DNA from: the human T2T-CHM13v2.0 reference genome, Homo sapiens | Direction: 5' to 3' (one strand) | Assembly (NCBI RefSeq): GCF_009914755.1 | Contig: NC_060930.1 | Length of the DNA stretch: 64,000 nt | Shown: in pieces, positions 48,421 to 62,338 of the stretch | How positions within the stretch are numbered: position 1 is the stretch's first letter | How the letters are laid out: the number at the start of each line of letters is the position of its first letter | Notes under the pieces: model-generated | Seen by the model: only the letters and a program-made list of their open reading frames with translations | What the model was told of the DNA's origin: nothing | Database searches by the model: none | Program-made: the position numbers and the translations under genes

Positions 48421-50608
48421 ATAAACTAGGTATTGATGGAATGTATCTCAAAATAATAAGAGGTATTTATGACAAACCTACAAGCAATATCATACTGAAT
48501 GGGCAAAAGCTGGAAGCATTCCCTTTGAAAAGCAGTAGAAGACAAGGACGGCCTCTCTCACCACTCCTATTCAACATAGTATTGGAAGTTACGGCCAGGG
48601 CAATCAGGGAAGAAAAAGAAAGAAAGGATATTCATATAGGAAGAGCGGAAGTCAAATTGTCTCTGTTTGCAGATGACATGATTGTATATTTAGAAAACCC
48701 CATCGTCTCAGCCCAAAATCTCCTTAAGCTGGTAAGCAACTTCAGCAAAGTCTCAGGATACAAAATCAATGAGCAAAAATCACAAGCATTCCTATTCACC
48801 AATAATAGACAAACAGAGAGCCAAATCATGAGTGAACTCCCATTCACAATTGCCACAAAGAGAATAAAATACCTAGGAATACAATTTACAAGGGATGTGA
48901 AGGACCTCTTCAAGGAGAACTACAAACCACTGCTCAAGGAAATAAGAGAGGGCACAAACAAATGGAAAAACATTCCATGCTCATGGATAGGAAGGATCAA
49001 TATCATGAAAATGGCCATACTGCCCAAAGTAATTTATAGATTCAATATTATCCCCATTAAGCTACCATTGACATTCTTCACAGAATTAGAAAAAACTACT
49101 TTAAACTTCAGATGGAACCAAAAAAGAGCCCATATAGCCAAGACAATCTTAAACAAAAAGAACAAAGCTGGAGGCATCATGCTACCTGACTTCAAACTAT
49201 ACTACAAGGCTACAGTAACCAAAACATCATGGTACTGATACCAAAACAGATACATAGACCAATGGAACACAACAGAGGCCTCAGAAATACCACCATACAT
49301 CTCCGACCATCTGATCTTTGACAAACCTGACAAAAACAAGTAACGGGGAAAGAATTCCCTATTTAATAAATGGTGTTGGGTAAACTGGCTAGCCATATGC
49401 AGAAAGCTGAAACTGGACCCCTTCCTTACACCTTATACAAAAATTAACTCAAGATGGATTAAAGACTTAAATGTAAGACCTAACACCATAAAAACCCTAG
49501 AAGAAAACCTAGGCAATACCATGCAGGACATAGGTATGAGCAAAGACTTCATGACTAAAACACCAAAAGCAATGGCAACAAAAGCCAAAATAGACAAATG
49601 GGATCTAATTAAACAAAAGAGCTTCTGCACAGCAAAAGAAACTACCATCAGAATGAACAGGAAACCTACAGAATGGGAGAAAATTTTTGCTATCTATCCA
49701 TTTGACAAAGGGCTAATATCCAGAATCTACAAGGAACTTAAACAAATTTACCAGAAAAAAAACAATCCCATCAAAAAGTGGGTGAAAGATATGAACAGAC
49801 ACTTCTCAAAAGAAGACATTTATGCGGCCAACAAACATATGACAAAAAGCTCATTATCACTGGTCATTACAAAACGCCAATCAAAACCAAAATGAGATAC
49901 CATCTCATGCCAGTTAGAACGGTGATCATTAAAAAGTCAAGAAACAACAGATGCTGGAGAAGGTGTGGAGAAATAAGAACTTTTTACACTGTCAGTGGGA
50001 GTGTAAATTAGTTCAACCATTGTGGAAGACAGTGTGGCGATTCCTCAAGGATCTAGAACCAGAAATACCGTTTGACCCAGCAATCCCATTATTGGTATAT
50101 ACCCAAAGGATTATAAATCATTCTACTATAAAGACCCATGCACACACATGTTTATTGCAGCACTGTTCATAATAGCAAAGACTTGGACCCAACCCAAATG
50201 CCCATCAATGATAGACTGGATAAAGAAAATGTGGCACATATACACCATGGAATAGTATGCAGCCATAAAAAAGGGTGAGTTCATGTCCTTTGCAGGTACA
50301 TGGATGAAGCTGGAAACCATAATTCTCAGCAAACTAACACAGGAACAGAAAACCAAACACCGCATGTTCTCACTCATAAGTGGGTGTTGAACAATGAGAA
50401 CACATGGACACAGGGAGGGGAACATCACACACTGAGACCTGTTGGTGGGTAGGGGGCTAGGGGAGGCATAGCATTAGAAGAAATACCTAATGTAGATGAC
50501 GGGTTGATGGGTGCAGCAAACCACCATGGCATATATATATACCTATGTAACAAAACTGCACATTCTGGACATGTATCCCAGAACTTAAAGTATAATTTAA
50601 AAAAAAAA
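48421..50608 (+). mobile_element. L1PA (roughly PA6-8) 5'-truncated LINE-1, 2.2 kb: ORF2 RT/C-terminal remnant, 3' UTR and poly(A)
   Basis: 265-aa ORF at 48441-49238 with [15 protein letters not shown] and [11 protein letters not shown] motifs, followed by stops and frameshifts; 17-bp TSD tagaa(g/a)tctttgagctc at 48404-48420 and 50611-50627. Confidence 0.97.
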
Positions 50609-51193
50609 TCTAGAAATCTTTGAGCTCTAACACCATTTTCTGTTCTTAATAGAAAATAAATAAGATAGCTTAAAATGAAATCACAAAAATCCTGACATCT
50701 TCAATTTGACCTGAAGACCTTGAACACAAAGCTCTTTTGAGAGGCAGTTAATGTTCCTAGGCTAAATGGGAATTATTAAAATAAAAGAGCCAGAATTTGT
50801 AAGTACAGAAAATTGAAACAAAAACAAAACCAGAAAAAACTCTGCTCCTTAACTGAACTTTATGCGACCTTGAAAGCTCTCAGTCTTCTAAATTATTTTG
50901 TTTTCAAATGGAAAAACACTTCTATTTTATCCTTGTACACAATGCATTCTAACTTCATAGGAGATGTTTTTTATCTTAATTCATTCACCTTGAAAACCAG
51001 GCCTTTTTGGATTACCTATGCATTTCATTGTCACATACGAAAGCATTTATACTGGGCATAATGCTTCTCAAATATCTGATTCTAAATCTCCCACAACTAA
51101 GAATTTTCATAAAGTGTAAACATCAGGATAATAAAAGGGCTGCACAATTACACTCCTCTTTTGTAATAGCAGAAAAAAAAAAAACTTGGTTAA

Positions 51194-51486
51194 GGCCAAG
51201 TACAGTGGCTCATGCCTATAATCCCATCATTCTGGGAGGCTGAGGCAGGAGGATCACTTGAGGCCAGGAGTTCAAGACCAACCTGGCCAACACAGCAAGA
51301 CCGCATCTCTGCAAAAAATTCAAAAATTAGCCAAGTGTTATAGCGTGCACCTGTTGTCCCATCTGCTCAGGAGACTGAGGCAGGAGGACTGCCTGAGGCC
51401 AGGAGTTCCAGACTTCAGTGAGTTATGATTGTGTCACTGTACTCCAGCCTAGACAACAGAGCAAGACACTATTTCTAAAAAATAAA
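51194..51486 (+). mobile_element. AluJ
   Basis: TSD aaa(c/t)ttggttaag. Confidence 0.92.
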
Positions 51487-51651
51487 AGTTTTAAAAATAA
51501 ATTTGGTTAAGATAAACTGTGAAACTCTTAGCAGTGTAATAAAAATTCATAGTACAAATTTAGAAGTCCAGACCAAAGCTTCCCTAAAGGATCTAGGAAA
51601 CTACTGTCCCCAAGTGTTTCTCCTTCTCCCCATTACCCTACTTTCAGTTCT

Positions 51652-52031
51652 TGCTATGGTTTGAATGTTTCTCCCCAAAAGCATGTATTGGAAGCTTAAT
51701 CCCCAATGCAATAGTGTTAGGAGATGGAGCCTAATGAAAGGTGAAAGGCCACGAGGGCTCTGACCCCATGAAAGGATTAATGCTGTTACATCAGAAATCG
51801 GTTCTGTATAGAGGGAGTGGGCTCCTTTTAAAAGAACATGTTCAGCCCCATTTGCCCACTCTCTCTTTCCCCTTCTGCCATGAGTTGATGTAACAAGAAG
51901 GCCCTTGACAGATGCTAGCCCCTTGATCTTGGACTTCCCAGCCTCCAGGACTATGAGAAGTACATGTGTATTAATTGTAAATTACCCAGTCTCTTGTATT
52001 CTGTTTTGGCAGCACATAAAAGAACTAAACA
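51652..52031 (+). mobile_element. MST-family MaLR solo LTR
   Basis: tgctatggtttgaatg...cttggacttcccagcctccaggact...aaattacccagtctc...gaactaaaca (TG...CA ends). Confidence 0.85.
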
Positions 52032-53504
52032 GTCCCTCTAAAGTGTGAAAATGATCTAAGATTTCTAAAAGCTAAGATTTCTGTTTCAAAACTTAAAAAA
52101 AAAATTATAGCTACCATACAGGAATTCCTAAACTAAGTTGGCCTCCTTGAATTTTTTTTTAAAATCAAGGACTATTTTGGGAATGTGATAGGTACATTCC
52201 CTATCATACTAAGTACAAAAGAATAATATAAGCAACACCCCGATATACTTCCTACTCAGCTTAAGAAATAAAATATTTTTAATATACTTGAAATTGCATG
52301 TGAATCACTCCAGGATCTCTTTCTACTTCTTCCTCCCTACTGGTAACCATTATACTGAATTTGGAGTTTATGATGCCCATCCGTGCATCTATACTTATAC
52401 TAAATCTCTATGACTGTTTTTAAACATTCTATAAATGATACTGTACTCTGTATCCTTCTGCCACTTGCTTACTTTGCTCAACTTTTTTAAAGTTTTTTTT
52501 TATGTTAAAACTTTAATGTAGAGAAATGTCTAAGATTTACTCTAGGGTATATAAATCTGCTGGACCTAGGGGAGGCAAGTTCTCAACTTTCCTCAATAAT
52601 GCCAAAATCTTTTAAGTGCGTATAGAAATTTATGGCACAACCAGCAGGCATTAGGACTCACATTTCTCTAACATCCTGGCTAACAATTGATATTGTCAGA
52701 TTTATAAATTTTGGTTAATCTGAATAGTGTAAAGTAGTATAAAAATAATCTTTTTATAAGTTTCAAAAATATGTTTATTGGCCATTTGTGATTCCATTTT
52801 TGTGAATAACCTGTTCATATCCTATGCATTTTTTAATCTCTTTTTCTTAAAGATATTTTGAGGAGTTATTTATATATACTGAATACATATCCTATATTGG
52901 TTACATGCATTGTTCCCTGTGATTTCTTTGTTGATGGTATCTTTTATATTTATTCATATATTTATCATTTCCAGTGCTATATGCTTTTTCCTATAGATCC
53001 ATTTGGTTTTATTTCCCTTCAGCCTAAAGACTTTAACATTTCTTGTAGTGAAGTTCTGCTGGCAACAAATTATCTCAGTTTTGATGTATCTAGAATTGTC
53101 TTTACTTCACCCCCATATTTTAAAGACATTATCAGTGGATATAGAGTTCTTGCTTGATTGGGTTTTTTTCTTTCAGCACTTTAATGTTATTCCATTATCT
53201 TTTGGCTTCCTTCAGCACTCACTCTTTCCCCTGATGTATCTTCTTTCTTAGGCTGCATTTATGACCTTTTCTTGTATTTCTGTTTTTCACCAATTTTACT
53301 ATGATGTGCCAAGAGATAATTTTCTTTGATATTTATGCTCCTTGGGTTTTGCTGAGCTTCCTAGATCTGTGAGCTGTTTTTTATTTGTTTGTTTGTTTGA
53401 ACAGATTTGGATAATATTTGACCACTAATTCTTCAACTATTATCCCTGCAACAGTATATCTCTCCTCTCCTGGGACTCTAATTAAAAGTATCTGGACCAC
53501 TCAA

Positions 53505-53827
<323 letters not shown>

Positions 53828-54231
53828 TCATTGGAATTATTAATGACTTCATCTCTTTCTTTCCTCTGCTTCAATTTCAATGATTTCTAATAATCTGTTT
53901 TGAAGTTTATTGCTCTTTTATCGTATTGTGTCCTATCTGCTGTTAATCTGATTTGATGACATTTCAACTTCAGATATTGTACTTTTCAGTTCTAGAACTC
54001 CCATTTGGTTATTTCCAGTTTCCAAATATCTCCTATAATTCCTCATATTTTCACCCATTATGTTCATCTTTTCAAGTAGATTCTTTGATATAATTATCAT
54101 TGTTATTTTTATGTCCTTGTCTGGTAATTCTAAACTCTGTTTTATCTATGGGTTTATTTCTATGAATAATTTTTTTCTTAATTATGAATCACACTTTCCT
54201 ATTTCTTCACCACTTTAGTAGTTGAGAGTTT

Positions 54232-54382
54232 TTCTTTCTTTTTTTTCTTTTTTTCTTTTTTTTAATAAGACAAGGTATTTTTATATTGTCCAGGCAGGTC
54301 TTGAACTCCTAGGCTCAAGCCATCTTCGCACCTCAGCCTCCTGAGTAGCTGGAACAATGGGAACATGCCACCACACCCAGGT
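54232..54382 (-). mobile_element. Alu monomer (FLAM/FAM-like)
   Basis: Single arm with a T tract. Confidence 0.8.
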
Positions 54383-54932
54383 TGCTTAGTAATTTTTATG
54401 GTGTATTAGACATTTTGGATGATAAGCTGTAGAGAGTTTGGATTTGTTCTCCTCCTCTTAAGAGTATGTAGTTTTTTAATAAAAGGTAAATAAATTATTG
54501 GTGGTTCACCTTGTTCACACAAAGGCTTATCCCACTCAATGTCCAGGTCCTCCGGCAGCCTCAAACTCACTCTCAGGCCAATAAGACTGTGATTTCCTGC
54601 TAGAGTTCTATCTGTCCTGCTCCCTGCAGACCAGGGAATGTCTTGAGGGAAAAGCCATTTAAATGTGGAGTTTATCCTATGCGGTGCCCTTCATCCAAGG
54701 ATGAAAACCTTTCCAGTTTCTAGCTACTTTTAATCACTCTTCAGTGCTTTCCAACTTTTTTCCAACATTTATAATTGTTATCAACAGGAAGATAAGCACA
54801 ATAGAATCTACTCTGCTGTTTCCAAAAGCTACTACTTTGATGAGCAGAAGCCAATTTTCATGTAGACCATTTTCCCAGTCTTATCTTTTATGGTATATGG
54901 CGTTTTTAAGCCTTGTTTAAGAAATCTTTGCC

Positions 54933-55144
54933 CCAGTCAGGGCAACATGGTGAAACCCTCTCTCTACCAAAAATACAAACAATTAGCCAGGCGTGGTGGC
55001 ACACACCTGTGGTCCCAGCTACTCAGGAGGCTGAGGTGGGAAGATCACTTGAGCTCAGGAGGTGGAGGTGGCAGTGGGCCGAGATTGCACCACTACACTA
55101 CAGCCTGAGTGACGGAGCAAGACCTTGTCTCAAAAAAAAAAGAA
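54933..55144 (+). mobile_element. 5'-truncated AluJ
   Basis: TSD aagaaatctttgc. Confidence 0.9.
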
Positions 55145-55888
55145 AGAAATCTTTGCTTATCCAATAGTCATACATAATTTGTACACTTTATTCTAAAAAT
55201 ATTTTTCTAAAGTATTTTTTCATATTTTGGTATTTAACTCACTTAGATTTCATTTTTTTGTGCATGGCTTAAAATGGGGATAGAACTTTATTTTATTTTT
55301 CCAAGCAGATAAAGAAATTTTCCCAGTATCATTACTACAGATTCCATCCTTTCCTTTACAGCTCATGAAGCTGATTCTGCCATAAATCTAGACTCATGTA
55401 TATCTTAGTCTGTTCCAGGCTGTCTCTTGTATTCCAGTGCTTTGTTTGTCTATGCCTATAGCCATACTGCAATATCTTAATCATTACAGCTTTATAATGA
55501 GTCTTGTTAACTGGTGGAGCAAGTCCTTCCACCTTGTGCTTTTCCAGAATTGCTTTGCCTATTCTCAGTCCTTTATTCTTTCAAATAAATTTTGGAATTG
55601 GTTTGTCAAATCACATGAAAACCCCTGCTGGGGGGAATTAAAATCTTTAAAATATCAAGCCTTCTCATCTACAAACTCGGTATATTTTTTCCTTTCATTC
55701 AGGTCTTTTAAACTGTCTTTATATAAATTTTTCTACAAAATTATATTTTATTATTTATATTACTTATTTAAAATATCTTTTTAAAATTATATTTCTTAAA
55801 TTATCTTTTCATCTATTTATCCCAATTTACTATACTATGTTAAATGAATTTCATCAAATTATTTACTAAAGTTATAAACTCTAAGATT

Positions 55889-56189
<301 letters not shown>

Positions 56190-56315
56190 CTAAGGTTTAG
56201 TTCATAATACACAATCTTATGGATTATAATAATACTTTAACACTCTCATTTGCAAATACTTTTTTATGCCATGGATTTACTAAGTAAGTAGCTCATTTAT
56301 ATACTATTTACTTAC

Positions 56316-56486
56316 CAAGAAGCTCCATGGTCTCTGCTTTCAGTGTCCGTGAAATTAGAGTCCAAAAACATATCTTTGTAGATTCGACCAACTAGGCAAT
56401 ACATATCTGAAGCAACTTGTCCTTCGCTTTGCACCATGGGAATCATAATATCAAGAGCTTTTGCTCTGTCACCAGGGAGATTTCTC
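56316..56486 (-). CDS. MAP3K5: MAP3K5 exon 7 (171 nt), RNLPGDRAKALDIMIPMV...TESRDHGASW
   Basis: Acceptor ttctgccttag|GAG, donor TTG|gtaagt; phase 2 to 2. Confidence 0.96.
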
Positions 56487-57074
56487 CTAAGGCAGAAAAC
56501 ATTGTTGTTTCAATATACATTACAGAAGCAATATAGATCAATTCTTTTTTAAAAACCCTATTTAACATGTTGATTCATATTAGAGAAATTTGCCAGGACA
56601 GAAACAATTAGATTTTGAGAGTCCTCTGTAAACCTCTGTCCTAAGCCTAATTTTTTGTTTTATCCCATTGTATGTCTACTAGGTCTAACAAGGATTTCTT
56701 TTGAGTTTCTGTGTTAATAATGGTGATGGATTTGTACTTACTCATCCACAATCCTTCCAATTTCCCTGCAGCCTATATGCAGGTTCAAGTTGGTGAAACG
56801 AGATTAGAGTTGTAGTCTGTGTCTTTGAATAGGGTAGAGTAAATAAAGCCAAGTAGGGACAAAACCCTGACCTTAGGTTTCAATGGCTTTTGCTCCAAAA
56901 CTTAGCAAACTCATTCACAGATGATACCAAAAATCAAATCAAACCCAAGAACTGCTTGATTTCTACGTGTGACTAACTGATTATCTAAGGAAGTTGCTTT
57001 ATGTAGCATGCTTTAAAATAGTATGTGTAGACAGTTCACAAAACCAGATAAAAATTCTATAAGAGTTATCATTC

Positions 57075-57650
<576 letters not shown>

Positions 57651-58126
57651 GTATCATTTCTATTCTCAATTACTACTTCAAATCTTCTGTCCAAGAAATT
57701 CCTTTTTATCCTTGGTAATAACTATCTAACACTATGTTCACCTAGACATAACCATCCTTACTCTAGTGAAAACTTTTGTGTGAATGACCATCTGGTGTTG
57801 AGTGTATTTGCTTAAAGATAACATCATATTCATGTAACTTTTACAATTCTAAAAAATATGAATAGCAAATACAAACTTTGACAGAGCAGAAAACCTGTAA
57901 GAATTTAAATATACCAACAGTGTGCGACTTTTTTTTTACTGAAAAATAAATCAGAAAAAAATGAGAATGCATGCTTCCTATATTTCATGGGGCTGAAGCA
58001 GATATGCTAATATTACATTTTAATAGGGACTTCTTGCAATGCTGCAGTGAACACATTCTCTGTAAAGAATTGCAGGTTACACAATAATATGTTAACGCAT
58101 TCTGGAAGGGAACTTTTTCTTCTTAC

Positions 58127-58233
58127 CTATTCAGTGCAAATGCATAATGAAACTTCACATGGTGATGGGAGGCCAAATCAAAGGTTGGCAGTTTTTCTAA
58201 AGTCTCTACCAGCTTCACAATAGAATCATAGTC
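58127..58233 (-). CDS. MAP3K5: MAP3K5 exon 6 (107 nt), [36 protein letters not shown]
   Basis: Acceptor tttgaaag|GAC, donor TAG|gtaaga; phase 0 to 2; too short to appear in the ORF track. Confidence 0.96.
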
Positions 58234-59394
58234 CTTTCAAATTAGATGAGAATAGCACAGAATTAAACCATTAGGAGAAAATTCTCACAATAACGTGTCT
58301 TTTGACAACCAGATATCTGAATTCAAGAAACACATTAAAAAGACACTAGAATCCACAGAACACTTTGAAGAACCTAGAATAAACAGTTTTTGTTGTTTTT
58401 CTTCTAAAAGGTTTAGATCGTATATATAAAAACATTAGAAACATACAGTTACCATGTTGAACAAAAACTAAAAAAGCAAAAGAAACAAAAACACCAAGCA
58501 TGATAGTGCTCTACTGTCTAAATATGGGTGATTTATTTCCCCATAGAGCCAGATTCCCGGTATGCAGTGTTCTAACAATTTCAGGGAAATAAAAATGTCA
58601 AGGACATGAGGCAATGGGTTGAACTTCTGTTACAAGTAGCAACACAGTTTCATGTCACATGAGTAAGCACTCTAGCCACAGGATCCTATGTGCCACAGCC
58701 CTCCATGGATGTGAGTCTGTCTTGAGCACATGAAGCCTTTACACAGACCTGAAAGGCTAGGAATGGAAAGGAGAAACCAGATGTCATTTAAATTTTACTA
58801 TTAAAACCTAAGAGCAAATCCCTAACTTGGAGAGGATTTTATTCCACTTACCCTATTTTTAAAATTTTAAGACATGTCAATAAAAATGATATAACCTGTT
58901 AGTGTGTTTTACATTACATATTTTTAAAGTTATTTCTGTAGGTAATCAATTACATATTTTTTCCTTCAGGCGAGTTAGATTCAGCACTATCAATTTCAAG
59001 CAATACAATTTCAAGGGATAAAAGGTATGTCCAGAAAGCTCTAAAAATGTCTGCTATTTGCCAAAACAAAGCTTTCACTGACAGGTGTGCCTGAGGCTAA
59101 CAGTAGAATAGACTGTGTCCACAGGTTCGCTGTGCCAGCAGATTTTTCTTTTTGTTCTTTTGGAGGAAAAAGTCAGGCCTTTACCATACAAGTCTTTCAC
59201 AATCACTGATGGTTAACTCACATGAGTCTTTTTCATTCATCATAAAATTATAGGATGGAAAGCTTAAGAGAGTCAATAAAAAATTACGTGTAGTAACATG
59301 AACTGCTTACCAGCAAACTGAAATTTGAGGTTAATACTCCCTTATCCCTCCAACATGCTACACAACAAAGATTTCACTTTAAACATCTTCTCAC

Positions 59395-59563
59395 CTGGAT
59401 ATCTCTGTAGGAAAGTAACAGATTTATGACAATATCTGCTGTCAAGACTTCGATATTATCTACTCGCTGCCGAATTCTTGCCAACTCAGCTGCCAATTCT
59501 TTACCAGTGTATAAATTACGAGCTTTCCTGATGTCATTGAGTATAGATTCCCGGAAGTACTGG
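59395..59563 (-). CDS. MAP3K5: MAP3K5 exon 5 (169 nt), SQYFRESILNDIRKARNLY...LLLSYRDIQ
   Basis: Acceptor ttttaccag|CCAG, donor CAG|gtgaga; phase 2 to 0. Confidence 0.97.
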
Positions 59564-59836
59564 CTGGTAAAAACACACACATTTCAAAGAGTTTGACATT
59601 AGAAACAATTTCAATGAAAAGCAATAATTTTAATAAAGACATGAATGATATTGCAGCATTAGCTATAAAGCATTTGTAGTTTTCAGTTCATTCAGATGCC
59701 TAAATAAATATCTTACATATCTGGCATTATTAAGAAATTTAGAAGCCAATGTATTTCTTTTATTACTCTGCCTTCAGAAAGAATTAAAGGTAAAGGTACT
59801 CCATATTAATAAATTTTCCTGCAAAAAACCACTTAA

Positions 59837-60219
<383 letters not shown>

Positions 60220-60664
60220 GTGATGTACCTATGATTTGAACATAATATAACCTTAACTTCCTGACTCAGCCTATCATTTATTAACATAAATAATTGTTCT
60301 TCACTGAAAGAACAATTAGAGTTAAGAGTTAATTAAAGTTGAATTGTTCTTGCCCTTACACTAGAAGTCCCTGGACATTTATCCTGGTATTGTTTCTGTA
60401 CTTGCTTTGTATATATTTTTAGTTCTACCATCACTATAAAGCGGTTAGTAGACTTTTTAATTTTTTGCTGATTTCAAGTTGCTGTTCTGTGAATAAAATG
60501 TATTATGTGGCATCTATTTTATCTACTTGGAGGATAATAAACATTTTCCCCCTAGTTCTTAGCTGTATACTGATATCTCAGGAGCACCTGATATCATGCA
60601 CAAATAAAGATGTAGAATAACACTTTATTGTCATCACCAAATGGCATTATTAATTAAACTTTAC

Positions 60665-60858
60665 CTAGAACTTGCTTGTGCCACCTTCAAAAGTTGAATA
60701 AAACGATCCACAAGAGGTAAGCAGATGGGTCCAAGAAGCAGCTCGAAGTTCGGTTGCATGAGCTCTGTCAACCCCTTCATGAAGCTGCTGTCACAGCAGT
60801 AGACTTTGTTATGTGGAGTTATCATGTAAGGAACAAAGGTGTAGTTCCCAGTGCACAT
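60665..60858 (-). CDS. MAP3K5: MAP3K5 exon 4 (194 nt), MCTGNYTFVPY...GPICLPLVDRFIQLLKVAQASS; includes Cys250 of the thioredoxin-binding domain
   Basis: Acceptor ctctctccgcag|ATG, donor TCTAG|gtaaag; phase 0 to 2. Confidence 0.97.
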
Positions 60859-61299
60859 CTGCGGAGAGAGGAGGCATCGGCAAGTGGGGAGCTGGCCTGG
60901 AGACACGGCACAGATGGAATCCCACGTCTTACTCATTTTAAATAATTCCAAATGCAAAGGGAAATAGAAAAGCCTCATTATTTATTTATGACCTACGACA
61001 ATGAAAATTTCCCCAATTCCTTTCACTGCATACTTCAAATAATTAGGACTTACAGATGATACCAAAAAAAGAGTGGAACAGTTTCTATCCATCAATTTAA
61101 TATTTATTCACCATCTTTCAAGGCTAGGGCACTAAGTTATTGCTGTTGGAAAAAGTAGTTTAAAGCATGGCCTTCAGCTTTCAGGGAACTTATAATTTAG
61201 TCACAGGGCGCAGCATACACATATGAAAATGCTACAAGCTCACATTTGAAGGGCTTCCTACATGTAAGGTGATGCCGCAAGTAGATCCCGCTCAAATCC

Positions 61300-61790
61300 A
61301 CCCCCCGGGAGGCTGCTCTCTCTCTGTCTCCCCACTACTAAAACTACAGGCCCAGAAGTTACCCTTGATGCTTCCATTCCCTTCCCCTTCCACATCCTAT
61401 CGAAGTCCCATCTGTCCTGCCTCCAAAATATAATGTCATATTTGTCCATTTCCCTCCATCTTCTCGGCCAACACTTTAGTCCATGCACCAATGGACCTGG
61501 CCTGAGCCACTGCCATCAGCTTTAACTGGTCCCCCTGCTTCCACTCTTGTCCTCTAATTTACTCTCCACTCTGCCATCAGAGTGATCTTTCAACACTGTC
61601 CCTCAGATCACTTCCCACAGCTGCTTAAAGCCCCATCTCTTGCTCTTGGGAGAAAGAAGAAATTGCAATGCAACGTACAAGGGCCTGACTACGCAGATCC
61701 TGCCCCTCTCTAACCTCAGCCCTGCCACTCTCCCCTCGCCCACTACAGCCTGGGCTCACTGACCTTCTCTTGGTTCCTGGATGATGCCCA
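61300..61790 (+). mobile_element. L2 fragment
   Basis: actggtccccctgcttccactcttg...agagtgatcttt...gcttaaagccc. Confidence 0.6.
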
Positions 61791-61987
61791 AGCGAGGATA
61801 AACTGGTGCAAACAAAAGCAGAGCAGGGATGAAAGTGGAAAGTGAGTTGGATACCCTGAGTAAGCAAATCTGACTGGAGCTCGAAGCTCAGGGAAGGGAA
61901 TTAAATGCAAAGTTAAGGATGTTAGACTGTACATTCTGGACAATGCAGAATCATAGAAGGATCCACAGCAGGAAAGAAAACACAATC

Positions 61988-62250
61988 AGCTGAGTGTGAT
62001 GGCTCACGCCTGTAATCCCAGCACTTTGGGAAGCCAAGGCGGGCAGATTGCTTGAAGCCAGGAGTTCAAGATCAGCCTGGCCAATATGGTGAAACCCCGT
62101 CTCTACCAAAAATACAAAAATTATCCAGGTGGGGTGGTGCACGCCCTTAATCCCAGCTACTCAGGAGGCTGAGGTGCGAGAATCACTTGTAGTGAGCCGA
62201 GATTGCGCCACTGCACTCCAGCCTGGGTGACAGAGCGAGACTCTGTCAGG
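61988..62250 (+). mobile_element. AluS with a right-arm deletion of about 25 bp
   Basis: gagaatcacttg joined directly to tagtgagccgag. Confidence 0.92.
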
Positions 62251-62338
62251 AGAACGAAAGAATGAACAAATGAAAGAAGGAGAAAGAGAGAGAGAAAGAA
62301 GGAAAGAAGAAGGGAGGAAGGAGGGAGGGAGGAAGAAA
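62251..62338. repeat. GA-rich purine tract replacing the Alu tail
   Basis: Directly visible. Confidence 0.85.

Noticed and set aside
48441-50428. 265-aa and neighbouring ORFs with reverse transcriptase motifs
   Set aside because: Fragments of a 5'-truncated, stop- and frameshift-broken L1PA ORF2; not a novel RT system
56484-56489. NAGNAG acceptor (TAG GAG) at exon 7
   Set aside because: GAG is rarely used as an acceptor, and the effect would be loss of a single Arg
60859-60978. Open frame extending upstream of exon 4
   Set aside because: Intronic read-through beyond a strong acceptor; no promoter or splice evidence for an alternative first exon
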